From Lepidodermella squamata (taxonomy: Eukaryota > Animalia > Gastrotricha), in NCBI GenBank assembly GCA_047495785.1, contig JBLDXI010000017.1, positions 558,001 through 622,000 on the forward strand: a stretch of DNA of 64,000 nt. Reading direction: 5' to 3'. The stretch's first letter is position 1. Each line of letters opens with the position of its first letter. Below are positions 36,830 through 48,505 of the stretch, piece by piece. The position numbers were made by a program, and so were the translations under genes. The notes beneath the pieces are model-generated. The model worked only from the letters and a program-made list of their open reading frames with translations. It did no database searches and was not told the DNA's origin.

Positions 36830-39437
36830 TTCAATTCTTTGAGGAAAGCCGTGGCCGAGGCGAATGTCCAAAAAATGGCGCCAAAAGCTATGTAAAACAT
36901 ATGATCCAAAAAAATTTCACAATAAATTTTGACTCACCTTAATCAAGTAAATTATGAAAATATTTAGGTAACAGTATGCCAGGGTGATCAGAGGTACAGT
37001 CATGTGTACAGCCCATTGAATAGCGACGATTAACACCCCACCAGCTAAGGTCATGGCTTCTAATGAAATGAACGTAACCGTTGCCTTCATCTCATCGATG
37101 ATGTCAGCATTGCCTCAGCTTTGCATTTCTTAATAAAAAATTTAAAATTTAAAAATCGAGATTCTTAGGTTTAAAATAATCACCAGGCGAATGCTTGAGA
37201 GGAATAACGTTATGGAGACTCCACTCAAGGAAAATGCTGTTAACGCAAACACGAAAATCGATAATTTATCATCGAGGCAAAAAATGTGCAAAAAATGGTC
37301 GCCCACACAAATTAAATCACCATTTTTCAGCCACACACCATTACGCACTAGAAAATGACCGGTCGCAGGTAAACTGCAGCGATTTTCACCTTGTTAGACT
37401 CAATTTATTCTAAATCCAAATACATATTCGGAAAGCTCAGGTCAGCGCGATTGGATCGGCCGAAAAAAATATTTAAAAAATCGCAATATTAAAGATTGCA
37501 GCGAATAAAGATTATCTCCAGCGATTCATGGAATTCCGCTAGCGTATTGTGGAATCACTTGAGAAAATATTGGCGATTTGGCACAAATATATTAATATCT
37601 CGACACACAAGCATGATCCTAACCGTACTAATTCTAAATTCTAACCGTAAATGTAATTTCGCCTCTTTCCCTTGCCCAGATTCCCCTATTCGATCTGTCC
37701 ACGGTTGCTTAGGGGCCCCTCTTCGGGAACTTGCATTTTAAATTGAACCGTCAGAATATCTTAATGCGCTGAGTGATGCGGTATCACTCCGGGAGATCCC
37801 ACATTAAACGGAATTCAACAAAACCGATAATTTTAGTTCGCTGAAACGACAGCTTACGCTCGGAACAGAAATCGATGATACCTATAGTACTCTAATTAAA
37901 TATAGTTTCACATAACATATATGCCGAATTATTATCCCATGCTCAATTTAATTCCCCAGCCTGTTTAAGCCCCCAGTTTCCAGGTCGTTTGAAACAATAA
38001 GAACCTAAAATTGCAGCCCGCGATACAAATTTAAACGCCGCGCAAGAATATTTTGCATTGATCTTCAATTGGGTAACCCGTAAATGGTCAAAAGATCTTT
38101 TGCGAATTGGAATAGCGAGAAATAACTCATGTTATGACGAACTAAAACTTCAAAACTTTGTTCTGAAGGCGTTGAAAATTAAAAAAAAAATCTTCCTGGT
38201 CATCGAAAAGACGCGGAAGAAAATGAAAAAGAAACCGAAAAAGACTTGTACGCCGATGAAATTTGGTTTTGGATTTCATGAACTTTCAATTTCTTTTTGA
38301 TTCTGTTTGTGCTCAGCACCTTTGAACTTCAATTGAAATAAGCTCATTTTTAGACCCCAGCCTGAATAAGCCCCCTGTTGTCGGTTGCTTTCAAACAATA
38401 AGATACTCGGATATTAATTCGGCAAATGCGGCATAAATTTTCATATAGTTTCATAGTGAGGAATTTTTCTATTCAATTTTATCGGAATCCATCGAAAATA
38501 TCGAAAATGGGCTTTTTATCACGAATCGCAGACGACTTAAGCTTCGTTGGCCAGGCATAGACCGATTACGGAATAATTTTGTCACATTATGGTCAAATCG
38601 TGTTCTCAAAGTTCTCAAACAATTATCATTACTTTTGCTTTACTATTCCTGTGAAATTAAAAATGTTGACGGATGTAATCTTTACTATACTTTTTAATCT
38701 TGGTCGGAAAATTAACAACACGTAGATCAGATGAGCTCGTCAAGTCTCAATTGAGATGCGCATAAAAAGGTGAAGCTGGAGATAATCTTGATTCGCGTAA
38801 ATCGCAACTGCAATCTTTAATATTGCGATTTTTTAAATATTTTTTTTCGGCCGATCCAATCGCGCTGACCTGAGCTTTCCGAATATGTATTTGGATTTAG
38901 AATAAATTGAGTCTAACAAGGTGAAAATCGCTGCAGTTTACCTGCGACCGGTCATTTTCTAGTGCGTAATGGTGTGTGGCTGAAAAATGGTGATTTAATT
39001 TGTGTGGGCGACCATTTTTTGCACATTTTTTGCCTCGATGATAAATTATCGATTTTCGTGTTTGCGTTAACAGCATTTTCCTTGAGTGGAGTCTCCATAA
39101 CGTTATTCCTCTCAAGGAAATAAATGCTATGCCATGAAAACCCAAAACTGCGAAGAGCAAAGCCATAGCATTTGTATATTCGTAGTTAAGACGGCATTCC
39201 GATTGGAAGGGTTGGTAGGCGGTTGAAGAATCCTCAGAATAGTAACGGGTTAACTCAATCAAGCCAACTTCATTCAAGCCACCAACAGCAAGGTAACCAC
39301 ACATCAAAGATATATGTAGATTGTAGACTGTTCCAAGTCCCAATGATTGCCATTGAGTAAAAGTAACGAAAACCATTGGCGTTCGATAGAATTCGAGATC
39401 CTTTGTCAAGCTTAGCAAACAACCCGGAGACGGAGCA
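36830..39437 (-). pseudogene. Truncated third copy of the GABA-B-like receptor (TM3-TM7 region only), interrupted by a 1.9-kb element
   Basis: 36830-37193 and 39117-39437 align with the 3' exons of copies A and B (GGLNEVGLIELTRYYSEDSSTAYQPF). Frameshifting deletion near 37110; no flytrap exons. Confidence 0.85.
37194..39116. mobile_element. Non-autonomous DNA transposon with about 310-bp terminal inverted repeats
   Basis: 37194-37501 is the near-perfect reverse complement of 38808-39116. Receptor sequence resumes on both sides. No transposase ORF and no clear target-site duplication. Confidence 0.88.
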
Positions 39438-39524
39438 AAGGAGCTCGACTTCTCACTTCTCTCGAACGCAAATGGTGTTCGCTACTTTTAGTCGCTAATT
39501 GTGAAATTGTGAAAAATATCATCA

Positions 39525-39648
39525 TTTTTTGGATCATATGTTTTACATAGCGTTTGGTGCCATTTTTGGACATTCGCCTCGGCCACGGCTTTCCTCAAAG
39601 AATTGAAGGCGAATTATGTTCGTTATAATTCTTTTCATTTGTGTTGTT
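39525..39648 (+). repeat. Inverted duplicate of the pseudogene's last exon and 3' region (36790-36914)
   Basis: About 125-bp reverse-complement match with a few mismatches. Confidence 0.85.
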
Positions 39649-40380
39649 TTGACAGACCAAGGTCAAAATTGCCCGAAATTTGGTGTCAACAGAACCGCCG
39701 AGCCATGGGCCATGGCCTACATTTTGCCGTCAGGTATTTTGCCATACGACGCATCGGTGAATCGGTGACCCAAAATAAAAGAAATTTTGACAGACCCAGG
39801 ATTCGAATCCAAATATCGGATCTCGCAATCCATTTTTGGCAGTTGAAGTGTTAACAACGCTACGCATGAGAACATGAGCCGCTTTCTAACCTGGTTCTTA
39901 AAGTATCCTGATAGCCCTAATCCGCACCATTTGAAATAAGTTTTGGCCAGATGAATTAAGTCGAAACTGTAAACACGCCAAGTGCGCTAGAGGCAAGTGA
40001 TGCGCAATTTACGGGCAAGTTAGATATTTAAACCATACTTTACTGCCGAAAATCATGTCATCCTCAACTAAACGTAAGGGCAGGCGTTTTCCGATTTTGG
40101 GACCCTTTTTCTCAATGTTACTCGTTGAACCCTTGACCTTTCATCGCTGGGCCGAACATTTGCATATAAAAAAATTACATGGCTTTTTAATTCGGGCAGT
40201 ACGGTTAAATTTTTCATTCACTGGGCTCCTTTTTGTTTTTGTTGTTGGTCAAGTATTATTTTTTAGTCAATTATCAAACAATGATCCCGAGTGCGGCTAA
40301 CAGGCTATAAATACTTGGTTCACCGCTGGGTAAAGCGTTATTCACAAACAGCTCACGCTTAAAATTCCTAACTTGCTAAA

Positions 40381-40629
40381 ATGACACTTGGAGCATCGAA
40401 GCTTTTCACGGCCGTTCTATTGGCTTGCATTTTGATCGCGTTCATGTCAGAGCCCGCAGCCGCGTGTCAAAAACTGTTTTGGCATTGCGGAAGAGGTGCT
40501 CCATGCTGCGGCAGCATGTATGTTTTCTTCACAGACATAATATCAGTACTTATAGACTGTCTACTCTTATATTTATTTGTTAGGTACTGTAAGTGTATTG
40601 GAGACCTCTGTACATGCGAGTTACACTAA
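40381..40629 (+). CDS. Secreted 8-Cys inhibitor-cystine-knot (agatoxin-like) peptide precursor
   Basis: Exons 40381-40517 and 40584-40629. Signal peptide ending PAAA; mature CQKLFWHCGRGAPCCGSMYCKCIGDLCTCELH; TATAAA at about 40306. Confidence 0.82.
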   Translation: MTLGASKLFTAVLLACILIAFMSEPAAACQKLFWHCGRGAPCCGSMYVFFTDIISVLIDCLLLYLFVRYCKCIGDLCTCELH

Positions 40630-40699
40630 GCGCCGGGAGAAGCTGCGGAATTCGGGAAAACTAATATCTTCCATATTACGTCGACTCAGGCCAACATGC

Positions 40700-41450
40700 T
40701 GACGGCGACAAAACACTTTATTCTAGCCATATTGCTTTGTCGTGGCAAATTATCCACACCGTTGTACTGTCAATATCTCTCTGTAAATCCGAATAAAATG
40801 CAGGTTGACACATAAGGTCGAAAAGCTTTTGGTATTGTGCTGGTGTAAGAATCGATACAAGGCACGCTGCCAGGCTGTACAAACTTCGAAATTGTTGTTA
40901 AACTGAAAGCATTCCCTAACAATAACGAACAATGTGGCGCCGAACTGCTCCGTGCAATCCGAGGTGACCTAATTGTTCGGAACCCGATCCAGATATGATT
41001 CGTGATTTCCTGAGATACCTCAACATCAAATCAGACTTACTTTGCCATCGATACAGATCGCCTGCCAACCTTAGTTGATCGGAGCGAATTTAGTTTGGTA
41101 ACGGCCGCGCTTACCAATACAAATTGAGAAAGACCTCGCAAAACCGGTTGCTATGACCGTCCTCCATATTATTCTCTCGTTGCATACAGCCTGACAACGT
41201 TGAACTAAGACGAAAGGCGAAAAATACGGAGGAATTTAACCCCGACAGATGGTTGGATGATGACGGGAAATTGTTAAACCTCGTCGCAGTTCATGCCGTT
41301 TGGTATTGAACGCGGTGTATACTTCAATTATATCACCGCTATGCTTCGCGTCATGGCTTCACGGGTTCCGTTTTGATTCGAAAGAGCCAGTTGATATCCG
41401 CGGTGGCCTTCTCGGTATCGTTTACTCACCGCCCATATGTGAACTTTTTT
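40700..41450 (-). pseudogene. Possible highly decayed Merlin/ISXO2-like DDE transposase relic
   Basis: Fragments in the expected order: TKVGRR, IWIGF, ISKFVQPGSVPCID, LCVNLH, with frameshifts and stops. Resemblance by eye only. Confidence 0.25.
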
Positions 41451-41661
41451 TTTCGCATCGATTGATTGGCGAAATTAATTGAAAAATGATTAGGTAATTG
41501 AAAAGTAATAGCGTAATACCAACGAAACCAAGATGATTATATTATTCGCAAAATGAACGTATTTATTAAATTTTGATTTCGACTTTGAGATCGATTTTTC
41601 ATGTGAAAGCGAAGAAAATATTACTGAAAGCTGCATATTCCGATACATTACATTTTCCTGT

Positions 41662-44247
41662 TCAAGTTTTTGAGGAAAGTCGCGGCCGAGGAGGCGACCG
41701 TCCGAAAAATGGCGCCAAAATCTGTAAAAAAATTGTAATTCGAAATCGTGCGCAATTAAATAAAATACTCACCTTGATCAAATAAATAATGAAAATATTC
41801 AAGTAGCAGTAAGCAAGGGTGATTAGAGATACAGCGACATGTACAGCGTCTTTACGAGCCCATTGAACAGCGACGATCAAAACTCCGCCAGCTATTGTCA
41901 TAGCTCCTAATGAAATGAAAGTAACTGTTGCCTTCACATCATCGATTATATCAGCATTTGATCGATATCTTGCTTCAGCTTTGCATTTCTTAATACAAAA
42001 TTCATAAAATTAAAAATCGAAACTATCAGGGCTAAAATCACCAGGCGAATATCATAGCCCATGAAACAAGCTGAAATAATTGCTAGACCGTGAAACCCCA
42101 AAACTGCGAAGAGCAAGGCCGTAGTATTGAAATTTTCGTAGTTCAGACGGCATTCCAGTTGGAAGGGTTGATAGGCGGTTGAAGAATCCTCGGAATAGTA
42201 ACGTGTTAACTCAATCAAGCCAACTTCATCCAATCCGCCAATTGCAAGGAACCCACTCATCAAAGCGAAATGTAGACTGACCCATGTGCCAATGATTGCT
42301 AAGGAGTAAAAGTAGCGAACTCGAAAAGAGGTCGATAAAATTCTGGCTCCTTTGTCGAGTTTAGCGAACATCCCAGAAATGGAACAAGCAAACCCTATGC
42401 TTATTAGAAACGTCGCGGCTGAACAGTGGTTGGAAACAATGGTACTGGCAGATTCTAACATCGGAATAACTACCGGGCCGTAGCAGCATATTAAAACATT
42501 TCCGAGTAGGCTCACTGAGTTTTCGGCTTTAAACGCGGAGCTTCCCTTAAGATTCCAAATGAGTAGGGTAATTGACGAGAAAGCAGCAACAGCCGATAAA
42601 GCTGAAAGAGAATGATGAGAACAAGTTGTCAGAAGTTGTCAAGGTTGGAATCTGACTTACCAAAGATCGCCCAGTAAGCTGGATCACTCATTTGGCTAAC
42701 GAAAAATTCGATTATTACAACAGAATCCTTCGGAGGTGACGCAGCGCCTCCATTCCATTCCGGTCCTTTGTCAATCAGGTAGAAAGACCGATCTCCAGAT
42801 TTGAAGTAAGCAACGAATACTTGCCTAGGGTTCAAGCCCTTATCATTTAGCTGCATTTGTGAAAATGCTAACGGAACGTATCCTATTGTGTTGAGTGTAG
42901 TCTTCCGGTCGAAGTGATAAATCCCTCGAAAACCGTTGACCTCCAAAGAGTAAATCGCATCTTTTATCAATTCTGCGAAAAGACCACTATTCCTTCGAAA
43001 ATTCTGTGAACTTGTGGTCCAATCCATTAGGGTTGAGTTAAGCCTTTGCTTCAAAAGCTTCTCCGCCTGTTCGACAACAAATCCGGCGAATATTGTAATG
43101 CCATAGCAATCTGAGGGCCAAATCGAAAGTCCTGGCGCGTTTTTAACGCCATATATTTTGGCATCGAGAGCTGTGGAGAATTCGGCAGCTGTTAGACCAC
43201 CGCTGTCCCGGTAGTCCGGGCCGAAAAGGGTTGTCATTTCCATGAATGAAAAGTAGAGCCATCCTTGGATCGCTTCTCTCAGCATCCTCCTAGTACACCA
43301 AGATCTGACATAAGCTGGAATTTCGACAGTTTCAGGGTCGATTATGATCCAATCACTTGCGAAGATGACGTAGCCGGTTCCGAACATGCCGTAGTAGTGA
43401 AGCCAGCATGCTAAACTAGCCGGAGAATCTGTGTTTGCTAGAATCACCCTGGGCTCCGTTTTGTGCATAGCATTGACGGCCGCTGACATCTCAGCCGCAT
43501 CTTCCGACATGAAAGTTACCTTCCCCAACCAAATAACGCTGATGTTCATACTGCTCAACACTGGGAGCATGTATTTTTCCTGATCGTTGAAATAGGCGAG
43601 GTCTTCGGAGAATATGGCGAGACGTTGCCATCCGTAATGGCGCATGAAATGAGCGACAGCATCACAGGTGAATAGCGGAGATGGGTAGAGCTGGAAAACA
43701 GAGTCAAATCGTTTTCGGTTCTTCAAGACGGCCTCATTTTGAAAGAAAAGGGTCAACCCGGTGATATTGAGCTGCTTCATTGATTGGGCGACGACCGATT
43801 GACCTTGGGTCGAGCACCAACCGGAAATTACCAAGGGGATTCGGGTTTCATTGGCGTTATGAACCAATTCTCGAACAGTTTCAGAAATCGCTAAGGCGTC
43901 ATCGCACTATAAATAAGCGAAATTTTAGGAACCCTTATAGGATCCTCAGGAAACCTTACCTGGTCATCGATTATTTCGATTTGAAGGTCATAGTTTTGAA
44001 GCCACCGCTTCTCAGCCTGGAGGGTTTTAAATCGATCCAAGGCGATTTCCATGCCTTTTGTGCACAGCGGACCAACTCCATAGCTTTGTCCCCCATAGTT
44101 GACATGAGCCAGCAGGGTTATAACTTGTTTCTTGTTGGAAGGATTCAATTCGCTTTTAACAAATCGATCCAAGCTAGCGTTCAGATAAACCATTTCACTT
44201 GTTACTAATGCCGTTAGGAACGGCAAAAGGATGAGCCTTTTTGTCAT
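41662..44247 (-). CDS. Class C GPCR, GABA-B-receptor-like, copy B
   Basis: Same five-exon structure as copy A, frames intact, ends ILAPFFGRSPPRPRLSSKT. Confidence 0.85.
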
Positions 44248-45037
44248 TATAGTATTGTATTCGAATGAATCGACTGAGTCTGTGGCGGAAATCCGTCGTC
44301 TGGGGATATGCGTGACTGCGCGGCGTGTTTGCTAATATGACCGCATGATGAACCCCAGATTTTGATTTAGGCACGTTCTGCTATGTCTTTTGATCATCAG
44401 AGTTCAAGTTCGAAGGTATTCGCTTGATTTCATCCCACTGTAGGCAAAACACGTCTCATTTTATCTCATTATCCTTCTTCGTACTCAAAAACCGCACCTA
44501 AGTTCGATGCTCATCAATTTAGTCAGAATCAAAGTAGGATGATGATTGCTTTGATGCGCCTCTGTTGAAATTAGCTCAGAAAAAGCGAGTATCAGTACCT
44601 ATTTGTCACGCGCCTTGAAAAAAATAAGGCATGCTAAAGCTAATTTTGTGAAGATTTTGGACAAAGATGATCTTACAAGCCGAGCTTCGCGATCTCCTAT
44701 ATAACTTCTAGCTGGTCAAATCACCGAAAATTGCCGGCTTCAGATGTAAAATCTAAGAATGAATATGAGGAATAATTAGAAGATATAACTGAATCTGGAA
44801 ATTCTGTGAATACTCAATCTTTCCGAAAAATTAGGAAATTTTCCGGTAAGCAGGTTTTTTGTCTATTATCAAAGGTGTGCGGACGAAATTATAGCTTCAC
44901 AACTGAAAAAAATCTATCAATGTTTTTTTTTAATATTTTTTTATTCTTATGAGCTAGAGTGAAAGCACGTGTTCATTCACTAAAACAAAAGTATTTATGA
45001 ATCTTAAAAACGTTATTATTTGAAAAAAAATAAAACT

Positions 45038-46203
45038 ATGAATTCGAATTTAATGCATGGCTTTTACCTAACCCGTTTATCTCTCTTAATATCCGCCGTA
45101 GTCCTGCTAATTCTGACAACTTCACTGCTGATCGATCGCAGCGATTTGATATGGCAACTCGATTTACAACTCGGTTTACCTAGCCGATTCGATTTATTGA
45201 AGCCGTGTTTTAAATTCAACAAATGCCAGGCTATGCTTGATTGGTACGACGTTGCGCTAACAATGACCGATGATGTTTCGCTAAAATGTGGCCACAAACT
45301 CGCTGTTGGGGCGTTGAATGCTCAGAAAAGATGGGGAGGCCAGGAACCTTATTGGCTGTGTTTAGATCGACCATACCGCATCACACCTGGAAATTGCTTG
45401 GTCTACTCGTTCGGGTAAACATTTGTTAAAAATAGACAAATTTGAAATTTTAGAATTTTAGAAATTTTATAAAATCGAAGTTGAAAAATTTGAAAATTTG
45501 AAATTAAATTTGGCTGATTCTTTTATTTCAATTTATTACAATTTTTACCTAAAATTTAGAATCGAAAAAGACTGGTCATTTGATGACACCATGGCTGAGG
45601 ATTACGGATGCCGAGTTCACTCATTTGATCCGAGGTAAAAATTCCCTAGAAATTTTATTTTAATTAATTTGAAATGGATTTCTAAAGTTTAGAATTCGAT
45701 GCCCATGTCCGTGAAACTGGGGTAAATTTCTACCCCATCGGGTTCTGGCATGCAAATGACCAAATCAAGCCGCCGGCTGTTAATCGCTACGAAAATAAAA
45801 ATCCAAAAATGTGGACCATGAAAAATTTACGCGGAATCACCGAATTTCTCAATAACTCAAATGTAAATTTTACAAAAAATAGTTGAGGTCATGGTTTTTT
45901 TTCGAAAATTTGCAGGAAATGATCGATATTTTGAAACTGGACGTTGAAGAGGCTGAATTTGAAGGCTTGAACCAGGCGATGGACGATGGAATTCTGCAGA
46001 ATAGAGTCGCGACTTTGCTCATTGAATGGCACGTTTTCCCGCAAAACGCGACCGCGGCGAAATTCGAGCGAATTCACGCTATTTATCGGCGATTTCACGA
46101 CGAAACAGGATTCAAAATTTACCACACGCAACGGCGACAACTTGGAAAATTGGCGTTTTTGGTTGTCGAATCGTTAATTAACACCGATTTATATTTGAAA
46201 TAA
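45038..46203 (+). CDS. METTL24-like (FkbM/Methyltransf_22-type) type II membrane methyltransferase, copy a
   Basis: Exons 45038-45414, 45560-45634, 45688-45862, 45916-46203. N-terminal TM helix; WLCLD, CLVYSFGIEKDWSFD, CRVHSFDP, IDILKLDVEEAE, LLIEWH. Confidence 0.87.
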
Positions 46204-46362
46204 ATATTGAAAAAAACATTTTCTTCAATTTTTTTATTACTTGTTTACCGCTGCTCTTTCGAACACGTGATTAAAATCTTGCACGCGTCGAAAGGTTTTT
46301 CGAAAAAAATTGCATTGAATTTCAATTACTTTAGTTTTAAGGTATCTAAAACTTCATTTAAA

Positions 46363-47473
46363 ATGGCTACAAATCGATCCAATTTTCCTAAAATCGCGCT
46401 GATTTTACTTATTATCGGCCTAATTGCGATTACCATCACCCTGATAATCGACCGGCGATTCTACGAAGCTTCCCTGGCTAAATTTTTCCTGAAACCCGAC
46501 GACGACCAACCAATTATAACCCGACGAGATCTGCTGAAGCCTTGCTTGAATAAGGACTGTGAAAATTTGACAACCTGGTACGATGCTGCGTTGAATATGT
46601 CTGATGAAGCGACTCTACGGTGCAGATACAAACGTGGCATTGGCCTGGATGAATCAGCCAAATTGGGCTGGTACGGCCATGAACCCTACTGGCTGTGCTT
46701 TGACAGACCGTTTCGATTGACACCCGGAAATTGTTTGATTTACTCGTTCGGGTCAGTTTATTAAAAATTGAAATTTAATTGAAATTTTAAAAATTCAATT
46801 TCCAATTTTGCAGAGCTTCTCCATCTTGGAGTTTTGAAGATCGCCTGGCTCTGGAGCTCAAGTGCAGTGTTTTCACTTTTGACCCCAGGTAATTCTAGAA
46901 AATTCTAGAAAAAAATATAAAAAAATGAAATTTCGGAACTTTTTTCCGATTTTTTTAGTCAAAGCCAAGACGCTCATATTCGTCAGGAAAGTGGGGTTCG
47001 GGTAATTCCGATCGGCCTCGGAGTTCAGGACCGAGTCATCCAAGTTCACAATGCGATAAATGCCTCGACATGGACTCAAGTTTTCAAATCAATGAAGGGA
47101 ATCCTCGAATTCAACGGCGATCAAAATGTAAATAAAAAATTCCGCTTTGATTTGTTTTTTTTTCAATTTTTTTCCCCAGGAAATTATCGATGTGATGAAA
47201 ATCACAATTGGCCTGTCGGAATCTGACACTCGGGCCGAGGCGTTGACTGCAGCTTTAGATGACGGGCTTCTGCAGAAGCAAGTCGCGACGCTGTTGATAG
47301 ATTGGCACTTGTACAAATGGCAGAAGGATTTTGAGACTATTGAAACTATGACAGCCGCCTATCGCCGTCTACATGACTCGACCGGGTTCAGGTCGTTCAA
47401 CATCCAAACTCGCCAACATCACAACGCCTTCATTATTTCTGAGTCTATGATTAACACTGACCTTTACAAGTGA
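46363..47473 (+). CDS. METTL24-like protein, copy b, with degenerate motifs
   Basis: Same four-exon layout as copy a. CLIYSFGASPSWSFE, CSVFTFDP, IDVMKITIGLSE, LLIDWH. Confidence 0.85.
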
Positions 47474-48505
47474 CACAAATTATTCGCAGGTTATTTATGG
47501 GTCGAATAAAAAATAAAATAATTTGAAGGTGTAATTGTTGATTTTTTCGCCGGAAATAAACTGACTAAATGAGAGTGCACACCTTGGATTTAGGGTTCCA
47601 GCGCTAAATTACACCAAGTTAGAACTTTCGGATTTTCTAGGTCACATTTGTGTCTCGATTTTTTAAACGTTGAGAACATTTTAAATTTTTTTAAACGTTA
47701 CTTTTGGGATTAAAAAGTCCTGAGAAATTTGGTCCAACAGGGTATAATACCGAAAATTACCGAACCAGTTACCATCGGGGTTTCCTGGGTCTTCTCCGGT
47801 GAATTTAAACAAATTAGTTGAATTTCGTGCAAACAGCTGCAACAACAACTCGTTGCGCTACTTTTGGGACACACAAATTTAAATTTAAATTTTTTTTATT
47901 ATCTTACCGCCTAGCCGATAGATCTCACTAGTAGACGCATTTTTCGCTATCAGCGGTCAATTTACGAATTACACCTCAGCCTGCCGAGTCGATATCGATT
48001 TCCGATATCGATTTACGGTACCGATTTTATAAATCAGTGATGTTCGTGATTGTCGCAGTTTGGGAATTCAGCATAAAAATAGTCAAAGGTAGCTAAAATG
48101 AAAAATCCCAAGAGGCATCAGTATCGATCAAGAAAGGAACAAAACCGGAAAAACTTGTTGCTAGTACCTCAAAATTTAGCTTTGCACATATTCAGGCCCT
48201 TGATTAAAATTAAATGCACGAAAAGTGAAGCCTAGCTTTGAAACAAAATTTAGTTTTTGTTGGAATGTGTCCCTCGAAGTGTCGCACTAAATGGTATAAT
48301 CGAAAAAAAGCGCTTAAGGGAGCTTCTTAATTAATTCGATACTACCACGCCTGCCCCGCACCTAATGATTTATTCACGCGAAAAATTGCCAGGCGAATAG
48401 ATACGTCGAAGTCAATTATTTGCTAGCACTCGAACTCTATTCACAACGGAGTCATTTTTGGCTATCAACGTTGATGTGCGGGTATTATTATTTTGTAGGC
48501 ACCCT

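Noticed and set aside
37195-37413. ORF whose peptide recurs at the end of 38897-39418
   Set aside because: Both read through the same terminal inverted repeat; not a protein-coding gene.
39790-39860. tRNA/SINE-like B-box (ggattcgaatcc)
   Set aside because: No cloverleaf or convincing A-box could be built.
47925-47975. Helitron-like 3' end (CTAG plus hairpin) for repeat family B
   Set aside because: Seen in only one copy and the hairpin is very short.
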